The notes: generated from the letters alone by a model not told the origin. 63,568 bases of DNA, filler included, from Olpidium bornovanus S191 (GCA_017911155.1; 31 parts of 31 records of this genome joined end to end with filler, not necessarily neighbours in it), one strand, 5' to 3'; shown: positions 10,980 to 23,339, numbered from the whole stretch's first letter. A program made the numbers and translations.

Positions 10980-12391
10980 AGTGTTCGATCGCCTGATTTG
11001 CGGCCTGGTGGTTTTCCAGGTAGGTCTTGTCCCTTTTACTTCGCTCAGAACCGTACGTGCGGTTTATATGACTAATGCTCGAAAACTGGAGTTGACCATG
11101 ACGGGCATATTTAGCTTGTATCAAGCGATCGTTCATGCCGGATGCACGTTCCTGCTCGTAATCGTCACATTGGGTTTCAAGGTGTACTGCGACATCGGGT
11201 TTGGGAAACTTTCGGAAGTCATACCGCTTTCGAGTTTCGAAAAGTCGGACAAACGTCCCCCGCCCATCGTGACGGACACCGGCGACGCCAACAACAACGA
11301 CGAGAGCGACAACAGTTCCAACGCGGACAACGAACCCGCCAGCCCAAACCACGGCCACAAGCCTGAATCCGCCGCGCCGATTTCGACGGGATCCCTCCAG
11401 CGGCTCTGGCCGCGCAGTTCGGTGGAGTCGACGAACACGTGCGACGCGGGGCGCAGCGGCCTGCCGGCGGGGATTTCCACGGACACGTTGGACCTGGACG
11501 GTACCGGAGTGGGCTCCAACTGGGTCGCGATGTGGGACAAGCAGGAGATGCACGAGCGCATCCGGAACCAGACGTACCGGCCGACGGCTCTCGTCAAGCG
11601 GCTGCCGAAGAGGCTGTGGCTGCCCCGGGATCCCACGTCGATGTGGAAGTTGGAGGTAGCTCTCGTCGGTCTGGGAAAAAGCGGATTGCAAATCCCCGTT
11701 TTATTGCTAAATGATCAGTCGATTCCCCTCTATACACACGCACACCCACCCTTCCCGCCCCCTCCCCTTCCGCCTTCCGTGTTCCAAGCTGAAGGCGACG
11801 GTCAAGATCAAATCCGCTCCCGCAGTTTCGTTCCGGGACGATCACCGCGACAGTCCGGCGGAACCCGCGCACCCGGCGGCGTTCTCGCCGGATGTGGGGG
11901 AATTCCCGGAGCCGTGGAGCGGGAACAGCGCGACAGGCAGCAAGCTCCTGCCGGATACGGTCCTCGTCGAGCTCGGCCGGGACAGCGTCCCGAGCCGCGG
12001 CAGCACCAGCGAGAAGCTGACCGCGCGCTCAGGCGCGCGGAGGAGCCACGTCAGCCCGTCGCTGTCCATCGCCTCCGTGGTGCCGGCGCCCTTCGAACTG
12101 GGCGGTCCGTCGGGAGACCGGGAAGACGACGACGACGAAGACGACGAAGACCCGGACGACGTGGGCGGCGGCGCCGGCGCGGAGTACGGCGGGAACCCCG
12201 TCGCCCGCGAGCCCAGCGACCGAAGCCCGTTGGTGACATCCACGCCCGAGATCCGCAGCCCGTCCAACGAGAGGCTCCTTCGATCTGCGCCGCGAAGCCG
12301 GCCGGGCGGCGGAGGCGACGGCGAAGGGGATCATGATAAGGTGGCGGCGGCGCCGGTCCGCCGGTCCGGAGAGGTCGAGAGGTTGGTGTGA
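10980..12391 (+). CDS. OSCA/TMEM63 (CSC1/PHM7-type) osmosensitive cation channel, 3' part with long low-complexity tail
   Basis: VFDRLICGLVVFQ|LTMTGIFSL..LGFKVYCDIGFGKLSEVIPL and YRPTALVKRLPKRLWLPRDP (PHM7 extension motif). Introns 11020-11091 and ~11656-11789. Confidence 0.8.
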
Positions 12392-12773
12392 AATCTTATT
12401 AGACCGCAACCACACGTTTTACCTCCTGCTCCTCCACCTCCAATCCTCCCTTCTTCCCTTCCCTCTCCCCTTCCTCCCTTCGCAGCGGAGGGTTTTGGAA
12501 GCCTTTTTTGCATTATTTGCTTTTTCTTTCTTTCGGTTTCCCCATTCTACATCATGTAAAAATCTTCGCATTATATCATCGCTACGGGACATAGGAGGCT
12601 AGACCCCGATACCCCCCCCACCCCCCCCTCCCCGCCTGCGCCGTAAGAGATTGTGTAAATAGGGAACGCCTTGNNNNNNNNNNNNNNNNNNNNNNNNNNN
12701 NNNNNNNNNNNNNNNNNTTAATTAATTAANNNNNNNNNNNNNNNNNNNNNNNNNNNNNNNNNNNNNNNNNNNN

Positions 12774-12871
12774 CTCCCGTCTCCCGCCCCCCGTCTCCCG
12801 TCTCCCGTCTCCCGTCTCCCGTCTCCCGTCTCCCGTCTCCCGTCTCCCGTCTCCCGTCTCCCGTCTCCCGT
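12774..12871. repeat. (CTCCCGT)n heptamer tandem repeat, 14 units, running off the contig start
   Basis: Direct reading; one variant stretch at 12781-12794. Confidence 0.95.
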
Positions 12872-13042
12872 CTTCTTTCCTTCTTTCCTTCTTCTCTTCT
12901 TTCCTTCTTTCTTTTCTCTTTTCTTCCGGGGCGGAAGAAGGGAGCGCGGCGCGCGCCGCGCCCCCTTTTATCCCCGGGGATCGCGCCTTTTTTTCCCTCG
13001 CCGTTTGTTTTGGCTTTTTTTTTTTTTCTTTCTCCCCCCGCC

Positions 13043-13140
13043 CGGCCGCGCGATCACGTGACCAACACCCGCACACCGCAAAAGAAAAAAAAACGGCCGC
13101 GTGATCACGTGACCAACACCCGCTCACACCGAAAAAAAAA
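13043..13140 (+). promoter_or_regulatory. 51-bp tandem duplication upstream of VPS17, each copy with a TCACGTGA palindrome, followed by a ~68-nt poly(A) tract
   Basis: cggccgcgcgatcacgtgaccaacacccgc at 13043 and cggccgcgtgatcacgtgaccaacacccgc at 13094; TCACGTGA at 13054 and 13105; poly(A) ~13132-13199; ATG at 13269. Confidence 0.75.
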
Positions 13141-13159
13141 AAAAAAAAAAAAAAAACAA

Positions 13160-13201
<42 letters not shown>

Positions 13202-13268
13202 GACACCGCCCCCCACACCCGCTTGCCTTTCCCCGCCATCGCCTCCGGCACCCAGACCCCGCACAGTG

Positions 13269-15023
13269 ATGGACGGCCCCGATGCGCACGTCGGCGGCGC
13301 TTCCGCCCCCGCGCTAACAGGCGCCTACGGCGGCGAGGCTGCCGCCCTTGCCCCGACGCCGCCGGCGACGTCGGGCTCGCCCGCAGGATCGGGAGGGCAA
13401 CGGCAGGAGCCGCCGGCGAGCACAGGCTCCCAGGCGGGCGCCACAGGGGCAGACGGCGGCGGCGCGGAAGGCGAAACTGCTTCGCAGATCGAGTATATGC
13501 GCTTTGAAGTCATCGGTCTCGATCGCGCGAAGAAGGACACTTTTAAGTTTGAGGTCTCGGTAAGATGGCCGCAACACAGATCGCGTCCGCTGTGTGCCGT
13601 GTAGGCTCCCCGTCCCCTCCCGTTCCCCATTCCCCCCCCCCCCCCCCCGCCTCCCCCTCCACCCCCGCTTCCAACTCCCGCTTCCGGCGCGTGCGTCGCC
13701 CTTGGTCTCCCTGGAAGTACTGGAGGACAGCCTCACACCGTACAGTCCGGCCTATTTGGGACTGAAGAAGCGTCATCCGACCCACACTTCCTATGTCGCC
13801 AGACAAACCTCCGACACTTCAAGCGGCCGCAGTGCGTGAAGGAGCGGACGTACATCGAGTTTGAGAAACTACGAGCCCACTTCGTCGCCACGTACCCTCA
13901 GGCCATTGCCCCTCCGCTGCCCTCCCAATTCTCCAACGCGTTGACCGCCGAGGAGAACGAGCGGCGAGTGAAGGCGGCCATGACACGATTCCTCGCCCGG
14001 GTCGGCGAGCATCTTGTACTGAGGAAGGACGACGGGCTCAGGGCGTTTGTCGAGAGCGAATTTGCGGTATGTTCCTGCCTTCGGAGTAGCGGACGATGAG
14101 GTGAAGGAGTAGCGGCCGACAAGGCCAACAGTAGCGGACGATGAGGCGAATTTTCCACGAATGCTGGTCGTTCGCCGCCTTTATGCGCATGAAGTTGGGA
14201 TGGGTGGAGAACATACAACGTCGAAATTGCTACTCTCGTACCTCGTATGAAGTTTCCCGCAACTGCACCCGCGCTGACGTACGCCGTTTTCGCTCCGGCG
14301 TTGCAGTTCAACCCCGCAACAAAGATCAAGTACAAATCTAGCGTCTCCAGCCTCCGGGAAAAGTTTTCGCGAATGGTTCCGTCGTCGTCCTCCAGCTCAT
14401 CTGGCGCGTCCTCGCCGCGGAGCACGGGCAGTGCGAGAGAGATAGCGCAGGGCTCGTCGGAGGCCGGACATGCCGGGGAGTTCGTAATCGACGACGACGA
14501 CGTTGCATTCGAGCGGATGCGCAAGGATGCCCAGATCAACGAGTCCATGGGTTCCTCCTGCGGGAAGGCGCTGGCGAACGTAGTCAAGGCGAGGAAAGGT
14601 GATCATCATCATGGTTTAGCCGGGGGATTTTCGCCTGCTGGTCGATTGTTCCCACTTCTGCTTCGCCGCTATAGATGTTCGGTTTCAAACTTACATCTTA
14701 CATTTTACGTCTCGAACGATTGGTCTTGTTCATCACGGCTCTTCCGATGCTATTTATTTGCGTACGCGAAATTGCTCACGTAGCCATCGCATTTAGCTAT
14801 ATAGACGTCGCGTCAAAAGCGGGCTTGATGAGCAGTTTGGAAGCAAACGCGTCATGGGCTGCGTAAGTCACTTACTCCTGCTATCGATTGAGAAGAACGG
14901 TTTACATTTGCACCCGTGCCGCTTCACTGTACTCGTGATTAAATGGTTGTTTTGTTCGCATGAAGTGGCTTGCGGAGATTCGGCAAGTGCCTGCAGGCCA
15001 TGGGCGAACTGGAGCAGGAGCAG
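13269..15023 (+). CDS. VPS17: Retromer SNX-BAR subunit (PX + start of BAR), 3' truncated
   Basis: EVIGLDRAKKDTFKFEVS|TNLRHFK..KERTYIEFEKL..PPLP..FLARV..LRKDDGLRAFVESEF|..FGKCLQAMGELEQEQ resembles the fungal Vps17 PX domain. Confidence 0.82.
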
Positions 15024-15369
15024 GTGCGTAATCGGCGGGCGGATCACTGCTTACGGCGGTGCCTTTACAGATGCGCCCCGTTGCGCGCTAGGTTTCTTGA
15101 TTCCGCTTTTCCAGCCCAANNNNNNNNNNNNNNNNNNNNNNNNNNNNNNNNNNNNNNNNNNNNTTAATTAATTAANNNNNNNNNNNNNNNNNNNNNNNNN
15201 NNNNNNNNNNNNNNNNNNNAAAAAAAAAAAAAAAAAAAAAAAAAAAAAGCGGCGGAAAGACGGTTTGAACCTTTGAAAGAGGCGCGAGGGCAGTTTCTAT
15301 TTTTTATTTTACTTTATTTTATTTTTCGCTAAAGGTGCGTTGCGGATTTTTTTTGTTGTTGTTTTGCAG

Positions 15370-16042
15370 GACGGCGAAGTCAACGTCTGGAAGGTCGACC
15401 AGCGCGGCAGGCCCGCTGGACTTTGCCGGTACCGGCTGATCGGCGCGGTCGCCCACTGCCTGTTCTGCCCGGCGCAACACGGTTCCGTGGCGGCGGTGGC
15501 GGCGGCGGCGGCGGGGACGCACGCGACGACACAGAACCGGCAGGCCGCCGCAGATCAACCAAAACGAACGCGAGCATCGGGTGTGATCTGTTCCGCGTTC
15601 GCGCCAGCGCCGTCGCCGTCGTTTTTCCTGACCACGGCCGCCGGGAAAGTTTACCACGCCGACACAAGCGGCCACTGCACGGAGCACTTTACCTGCACTT
15701 CCGCGGCCGCCTCCGCCCCACTCGCCGCTACTCCCGCCGCCGCTGCCGCCGCCGCAGCGGCGAGCAGCCTCCTTCCGCTGCCCATCGTGTCCGTGCTGTA
15801 CTTTGCCCAGCGGGACTCGCTCATCGTGCTCTCGGAGGACCTCACCCTAACCCAGGTACCGCTGGAAGAGGGGGGGTCAAGGTTTGGGGCGGTGACGCAG
15901 GTCAAGCTGAGTGCGGGGGCGGAGAAGAGAAACATGCACGTGCTCTGGGTGGGAGCCGGCCTGTTAGGTCTCTGCACCGGTGGGCCGATCGTCAGGGTGT
16001 GGGATTTGATTAGGGACGAAAACGAAAGCTTGGTCGTGCCTG
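15370..16042 (+). CDS. IFT140: Intraflagellar transport protein 140, internal WD40 exon
   Basis: VWKVDQRGR, GKVYHAD..G, IVSVLYFAQRDSLIVLSEDLTL, VKLS, VRVWDLIRDEN align with IFT140 LWRLDQRGR..LFYMEKREALVVVTENL..VKLSG..RFWDIERGEN. AG at 15368-9, GT at 16043. Confidence 0.88.
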
Positions 16043-16644
16043 GTAAGCGGCGCGCACATCACAGATGGCGTGGGGGGTGGCGGGGTGGAGTGTTCGACTA
16101 GACTCTATCAGTTGCTTTGTATGCGAAATAGTCGGGAGGCCCTTTTTTTTCCGGTTCTTAATTTGTTTTCTCTCTGTTTAAATTACTTTTTTTGTTTCAA
16201 GATTTTAGCTTCAATTTTGTGAACACCCAAAATCGCTAAACGCTTTCGTGTTTTGCGTTTTTATTTCTAAATTTTTTTTTTGTTTCTTCTGCTTTGTCAA
16301 CTTGTTGCCGTGCGCGACGGCGTTCCGTGTCCTTTGTTCTTCACTTTCACTCTAACTCGCCCCCTCCCATGNNNNNNNNNNNNNNNNNNNNNNNNNNNNN
16401 NNNNNNNNNNNNNNNTTAATTAATTAANNNNNNNNNNNNNNNNNNNNNNNNNNNNNNNNNNNNNNNNNNNNCATGAATGCTCTGCATTTGTCTGCTTTCT
16501 TGGGCTGGTTACTGGAAGATCGTTATTGAGCAAAGCCGCCTGTGCTTTCCCAAGCAAATTACTTCTGGCCGTCTCAAATGACGTCAGTCCCTGGGTCCCG
16601 CTGAATTAGGCGTGATTAAACATAGAGTCCGCAGACAACCGCTC

Positions 16645-16770
16645 TGCGCCGTTGGAAGAAGACAGTACGTCGTTCAACGGCTTGGATACGACGCGTCAGA
16701 AGCTACCTGGGAATGCAAAGAAACCCGAGGAAACGCTTCGAGACGCAGTCACCGAATTCCAACTGCGAAA
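16645..16770 (+). mobile_element. Decayed chromodomain, probably the integrase tail of a chromoviral Ty3/Gypsy element
   Basis: RQYVVQRLGYDASEATWECKETRGNA resembles the chromodomain consensus YLVKWKGY..SEATWEP.ENL.NA, with W->R decay and no clear gene structure. Confidence 0.5.
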
Positions 16771-17398
16771 GGTCACACATTTGGACGGTGCCGGGAAGAT
16801 GCTGCCCCAATGGCACCACGGTCCGGCTGCTCTCGCTTTGAATAACCTCTGGAAAATCATCGGAAAAGATCAGCGGCGTGGCGATCTGCGCCTTTGACCT
16901 GCTCGTTTGGCTGCGCCGAAGGTCACGTGCATCTGCTGCTTGCTCGGGCGGCGCCGGACGTCACGTGATCTTCGTTGAGAATCTCCGGTTTCCAAGTTCC
17001 GGGGGGGGAACTGGGAAGCGGGAGAGCGCCGGGCGGACGAGGGCGGCTGGCGAGGAAACTTTGGCCACTTCGCGCGCGCCCAGGCATTCTCCCCCGGGGC
17101 GCCCGGTCCTTTTGCGCGCGCGGAAAATAATCAATCCTCCGGCGTCGCGCCGCCCGCCGCCGTGCTGCGGCTCCGCTCGCCGCCGGTCTTCCGCGGCCCA
17201 TGCGTTTTGGCTGCGCTTCGTGCATTGCCCGGCGGCTGTGCCTCCGGCCCCGTTTATACCGAGCGGAAGTCGGGCGAAGCGCAGCGGATCTCCTCCGCAA
17301 CCTTTTTGCCTTGGCCCATCCCGCCACCGGCCCGCCCTTCCCTCCGACCGCCGCCGCCGCCGCTGCCGCCCGCGCAAAAAGCCCGGCGAGCCGAGCTC

Positions 17399-19028
17399 AT
17401 GGCTACCAGCCTGCCTGCGCTCGCCGCCGCGGCCGCGGGCACTGCGAGCTGCCGCCGCCCCTCAGCCTTCGCCGGATCGCCTGCGCCTGGCCCGCAGCAG
17501 GCGGCGGCGTCGTCGTCTCCCGCCGCGCATCTTCTGGCCGACGTGTGCGAGCGCACCGCCCGCGGCGTCGCCTACCGCTTCGAGTTCGACGAGTGGGGAA
17601 ACTTCCTCTGCGCCGCCACCGTCACCGCCCCCGGCGCTGCCGCCCAAGCCGGCGCGAAGCAGAGGCGCTGCGAGTACGGCTTCTCGCCGTTCTCCGCCGT
17701 CGAAGCGAAGGAACGCGCCGCCCGCAACGCCCTGGAGTCCCTGAGATCCGGCTCCAAAACGCCCGAGTCGGCCTACTCGTCCGCCAATTGGCCGCTTCCG
17801 CCGAAGGTCAGCGGTCTACCCGCGTCGCCACCGCCGTCCCCGGCAGGCGGCACCCACCCTTCGGCGCCGCCGCAGCCGGCCCCGCTCCCTCAAGGGCAAC
17901 CGGTGTTCTCCGACTTAGGAATTCCCGCAACTCCCCTCAGGTACCACACGGGCGTGTCACCGAGCGGCACTGCCTCCGTTGCGGCCCTTGCGCCGGACGT
18001 AACTCCTACCGGGATACCGGCGCACTCCGCCCCTCCATCGGCGCGGCAGGCCGCTTTTGATCCTCCACCGAGCGGCTCGCCGGGACCGGCGGCGGCGGAA
18101 AATCCTGCCGCGCGGAGCGACCGAAGGTCGAAGCAAGGCTCCGGCCAACCGGAAAACGAGGTAAAAAGGGCCGAGGCGGGCGACCGCGCCGATAGGTCAG
18201 TTCGAGCCCGCGAACAAAATGATCTTGACACTGTTGACCAGATTGGGATTTGGAACTCGGGCCGTCTGTTGCCGGAGTCGGAGGAAGGTGGACTATACAG
18301 CCCTTCGAGCGCTGGAAACGGTGTCGAACGCAGCGACTCGTTATTTGTTCTCGATGGAGCAGGAGATCCGTCAATCGCCGACACGACCCGCACAATTTAT
18401 GATTTGACCGAATCAGAGGTCCCTCCTACGGAGGCAGAAGCCCGCGAAATTTGGGAAGTAGGCGACACGGTTGATTGGGACTTCGCGGCAAAAGCGGATA
18501 GCCGAACTCGTTTGCTGCTACCCGGGGCTGGGAATTCTCCCATCCCGGGCCTAATTCATTCGGAGGGCAACGCGCCGCCGCCTACAACGAAATTCATCCC
18601 GGTAAGCACTCCCGTCCCTGGGCCGACCGTGGGCGGGCCGAAACGCTCGGCGAAGAAGAGGAAGTCCGCCGTGGACTTTGCCGGCGATCCAACTCGGTAC
18701 GAAGCCGCTTACCGCCGGGGAGCCGAACGACGCTCGGCGCAGCCTTCCGGCAAAGATGCGTTTCTGTCGAGCAGAGCGAACGGGCATTCCCTCCCGTCGT
18801 ATTCGTGGGATACGGTCGCGGCGGGTTCGTCTCCACGTACTGGAAGCACTCCACAGCTGTACGCAAACGCTTCGCTAAACCCTCCCCGCAAGTTTTCTCG
18901 ACCCGAACCACAACCCGAAAGAGCGAATGTTGACCACCGCGAAGTGCATTATCCGCCGGTCGCACAGCCGATGATTGACGTGCGGCGGCTGCAGTCTCGC
19001 TCGGAGTCAGCGGTTCTGGCGAGACATG
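17399..19028 (+). CDS. Orphan protein with N-terminal double-stranded RNA-binding-like motif followed by a long Pro/Ser-rich disordered region; 3' truncated
   Basis: Uninterrupted ORF of >540 codons. HLLADVCERTARGVAYRFEF..GNFLCAATVT..GFSPFSAVEAKERAARNALESL fits the dsRBD alpha-beta-beta-beta-alpha pattern with an AK..AA..AL final helix. Confidence 0.6.
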
Positions 19029-21624
19029 NNNNNNNNNNNNNNNNNNNNNNNNNNNNNNNNNNNNNNNNNNNNTTAATTAATTAANNNNNNNNNNNNNNNN
19101 NNNNNNNNNNNNNNNNNNNNNNNNNNNNCATGGAGTGGGGTGCAGTTCGCTGCACCCGTCGGACCTATCAGCCAAACCTTAGGGAATGCGTAGTGGAATG
19201 AAGTACCGCCATTGTGCAGCTTATTTATTGTGTTGAAACGGGAGTTACTGCGGATTCTACGACCGCGACGACAAACGGAGACGTGGACGTCGATGTAATC
19301 CGTCGTTTTGCGTCGTTAATTTTAGCCATTGAGCTTAGTGTGTTCGGTCAGTGTTCCATAATAATGGACTCGGCGAGGCGGCCCGAAGGAGAGCTACCAG
19401 ACGTGCGTGTTTCGTATGCATTCAGACTGGGCAAGGCGTCCCGTACGGGAGATGCCGGACGCGAGGCGGCCGTCGTTGTGCGGTATCCGCTCCATAAGAA
19501 AGTCTGGTGCGAATGCAAGTAGGTGGGGTCGCTTTTCCACGTTTGTCCAACCCCTCTGGGCCTCATGGAATATTTCCTCAGCTGCACCCCTCGCTTAAGT
19601 TGAACCAGGAGATATACGAGGCTCCCAAACCTCCGACGATGTCCCCTTTCATCGTCGATGACGTTCATGTTTGCCTGCTTTAAGTTACCGCGTTGCGATT
19701 GAAGCATTGTGGCTTCCGAGGCTTCGACGTGAACTGACGGCAAACTTGTTTATCAAGCGAAGTACATTTGTTGATTACCTGAGGTAGTTTGTGCTGAAGG
19801 GAGTTGTCATCGAGGTGAACGCGTGCATGCCTGCACTGTCGGAGTTATGTCTCTTCGGTATCTGCAGCGGGTTCGTCCCTGTGGGAAATTGTTTCTTGCC
19901 ATGCGTTGCAGACTAACATTCCCAGCTCAACTGAGAGGGACGAGCGACACGGTTTTCGCTCGCTCCTGCGGTGAGAAACGCTGGGACCATGTACACATGG
20001 AAGCATGAGACCCCGGGCCAAACGTCCCGGACGGCCAACGTTTTGGGACGGGAGGCGAGAGAGATCGAAACGCTGGGGGAAAATTGAAGCGATCCGCCCC
20101 GAGGACGCGGATCGCCGGAGGGAAAAGACGGGGGGAATCCCAGAGGAACGGCCGACAAGGCCCTTGTCGTCCGACGAGCACGCAATTAGACTTCTGTGCT
20201 CCCCAGGATCGGAATTTGCTGAGGCTGTTTTTCCACCGCGGGTACGGTGGACATCACCACCGTTTACGCAGACTTTAGACATGTTGCTCCACGAGCCGGC
20301 GTGAACCGTTTGCCGAATGCCAGGTTCTGGCCGACAAGGTCTCCGTAGCCCCCCTCCCCCTCCCTCCCACCCCCCTCTTTTCTTTAACCGTCGGGCGTTT
20401 CGTGCCAACGCAAAACCACAAAATTCACAGCTCACAACATTCCGCCTGCACGAATCGGCGGAAGACGCAACAACAGCAATTCCAACACCTGTGCGCGATT
20501 GGCGCGAGCCAACCTTCTCGCTGGTATGCGGATGTTTTCAACAGCGGACCTACCTTCATGATACCACATACAGACCCTCCGGGACGAGTACAATTCGCAA
20601 AGCCCAGGGGAAAAGTGATACATTGTGAGGGTGCGGGGGGGGGGGGGGGGGGGGGGGGGGCGGGGGGGGGAAGGGGGGGGGGGGGGGNNNNNNNNNNNNN
20701 NNNNNNNNNNNNNNNNNNNNNNNNNNNNNNNTTAATTAATTAANNNNNNNNNNNNNNNNNNNNNNNNNNNNNNNNNNNNNNNNNNNNCCTCACACAGAAG
20801 ACAACCACGCCCCCAACGCCCCACTCCAACCATGCCGAAGGTGTCAAAAGCTAAAGCAGCGCGACGAGCCAACACGGAGCATGCCCATCTCATCTCCGTC
20901 AGTCTATATATATTGATCTTTGCTCTACAAATCCTATAGAGAAAATCATGGAATTGTTTAGTTTCCAAAGACTTGATTTCCTTGGCGACTCGGTCAAAAA
21001 ATGTTGGAGTCTAGGCGATCTGCACGATACTATTCACATCTTTTGTATTCAGCTGAATCTTTCTCGTCCTGGGTGCCCTAAAAACGGTGATCAGCCGGCC
21101 ATGCAGGCGACTCGCTCGACATAATACCACAACCATTCGTCCACTTCATCATCAACTGCGGCTGCCGCTGCGTCCGGCAGAGGGTCCCGCGTCGTTAACC
21201 CACCGCTGTACTCGAGCATGATGCGAGCTGGCTCCAGATGACCCCGCCGCTACAAATCGCCGTCCCTTATGGTCAACTTGGTTAACTAAACTGCAAATTG
21301 CCTGAGCACTGACAACTGAGAATCCGTGCGATGGAATTATGGGACCGGGATCTGCACGATCGGGATCGGTTGATCACGGTCGGCATGATTGCGATCGCGG
21401 ATCTAACGATTGACATGATCGGCACTGGCGATTGGCACCACCGGCGATAGGCGGACATGAGTGCGCCGGACTGGTGCTCGGGATCAGAGTTCAGGGTCAG
21501 GTGCTAGGGACCACAGGATCGGGAAATCAGCGATTTCTGCGGCGTTTCGCTGCGCTGCAAACCTCCTCCGGTCCAACGAGGGCAGGGGGCGGGGTGAGCA
21601 CGCACCGGGCGCGTCTCGTCTGGA

Positions 21625-21636
21625 GGTCACGTGACC
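21625..21636. promoter_or_regulatory. Perfect 12-bp palindrome GGTCACGTGACC (extended E-box)
   Basis: Direct reading; non-coding context just upstream of a splice-signal-rich stretch. Confidence 0.55.
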
Positions 21637-23339
21637 ACGGCCCCTGAGTGTGGGAAGCGCAGGCTTCTCCGCCACGCGCGCTGCCCCGTCCGCCCTTTTC
21701 CTTTCCTCGCTCCCTTCTCTGCTCGACACAACCTCTCTTAAGCAACCAGGCCACCACACACCCACGCTGCCCGCCCCCGCTCCGGCACCCGTCAGTCTCC
21801 TACCCGCTCGTGGACAGAGCGTTCGGCTGCGGAAGAAAGAAGTTGCGAACCGGCTGTGAGAGCTTTCTGCTGCAGAAAAGGCGTGCCCCGAAGGTGCGCG
21901 CCCTGCGGCCTGGTTAGCGGAGTGCGCTGCTGCTGCCGCGCAGCAGGCCGGCCACGAAACCACGCGCCTGCGGGACGGGAGTGGTTTCTGCGCTTCGCTT
22001 GCCAAGTCGACGGGGACTGCCCGCGGACGGCGCCACACCGCGGGGGTGAGGGTGGGCTGCGGCCGCGCGCGCTGGACGGTTGGGCGACGCAGGGGAGAGA
22101 AAAGTGCGCGGCGCGAACGGAGCTCCGCTTCCTCTCGCCCCTTTGCGGCGGTCTTCGGGTGCGAGAGGATACGGGGCGTGGGAGGGAAGTGGGAGTGGGT
22201 AGCAGCGGGGCTGTACGTTACGAGCGGTACGCGCTGACAACGCCCAGGTGTGGGTTAGACGCCGGCGGACGTCGCTCTCCGTGTTTTCGTTTGTTCCCGT
22301 TTCTGACACGACTCTGCGGCGAGTCCGCCTCATAGAAACAGAGGCGCTTGTCCAACGTGCAAGACCGGCGAAGGCCCGCACTGGTGCGAGCGGTTCGGCA
22401 GACGAAAAACGTCGTTCCGGCCCCCGGAAAAGTTGCTGACCACCTCTTTCCGCCGTTTCCTGCAGCACACGATCAGCCCGTGGCAGCGGGACCCACCCCA
22501 ACGTTTATTTAAAGTAAGATCAAGGATCAAATTTTTTTGTATATTCTGCCGCGACTTACTTGGAGAATTCGTTTGTCGCTCGTCTTGCCAAAAATTCTTC
22601 TTCCAATTCGATCGCAGTGGAAAGTACATTTTTGGAGAAGTTCTGAAACGGTTCAAACAACCAGCGTGGATGTTCTTTGAAGTCGCCGTTGGGGGGTTGG
22701 GAAGGCGGGGAATGGGGGAGAGGGAACGATATTGCTGGAAACCCGCAAAACTAGGTGATATAACTTGCTGCAGTTGCGGCTGGGTTTTATTTCATTTGCG
22801 CGGCTCAGCATATTCGATTCGAAAAAAAGGTCAAGGACGGTAACCTGAAAAGTCTTCGCAGCGTATCAACTGATCACTGGCGTAAATGTCACATAAATGC
22901 AAAGGAACGTCGGGATAGCACACCATTTACTGAGTTTGTTTTTTGGGACGCGTGGGCGTCGGCAAAGGATTTGTCTTTGGCCCATCGACCGCCATCTGCA
23001 GAACCCGTCACCCTTCCCCCATCGGGGCGATGGCCGACGGCCGAGGCCTAACGCCAATAGTCCAGATGACGAATTTGAAAGATTTTGCGGAGTCGGCCGC
23101 TCGGAAACGACCGGTTGCGGCGTTAATATGGGGATGCAAGTGCTCATCAACTTGCGCGCGCACGTATGATATTTTCACCACGGTCGTAGGAATGCCCCGA
23201 GTCCCTCGGAATCGGCATCTAATGTTGGCTCCAGGGCGGTTTACAGACACAGGGGGAGAGAGAGAGGACAGGGGTTATTCAGTTCGGTGCATGGATCGGT
23301 TTACAGACCCAGGCTCTCATTTAAAGCTTGGTCGCGATG

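Noticed and set aside
19129-20687. Short ORFs, including an LRR-like VTALRLKHCGFRGF
   Set aside because: Interrupted by stops with no coherent model; probably a decayed or non-coding region.
21341-21480. GATC-rich degenerate repeat
   Set aside because: No fixed period; best explained as a decayed Arg/Asp-coding TE segment.
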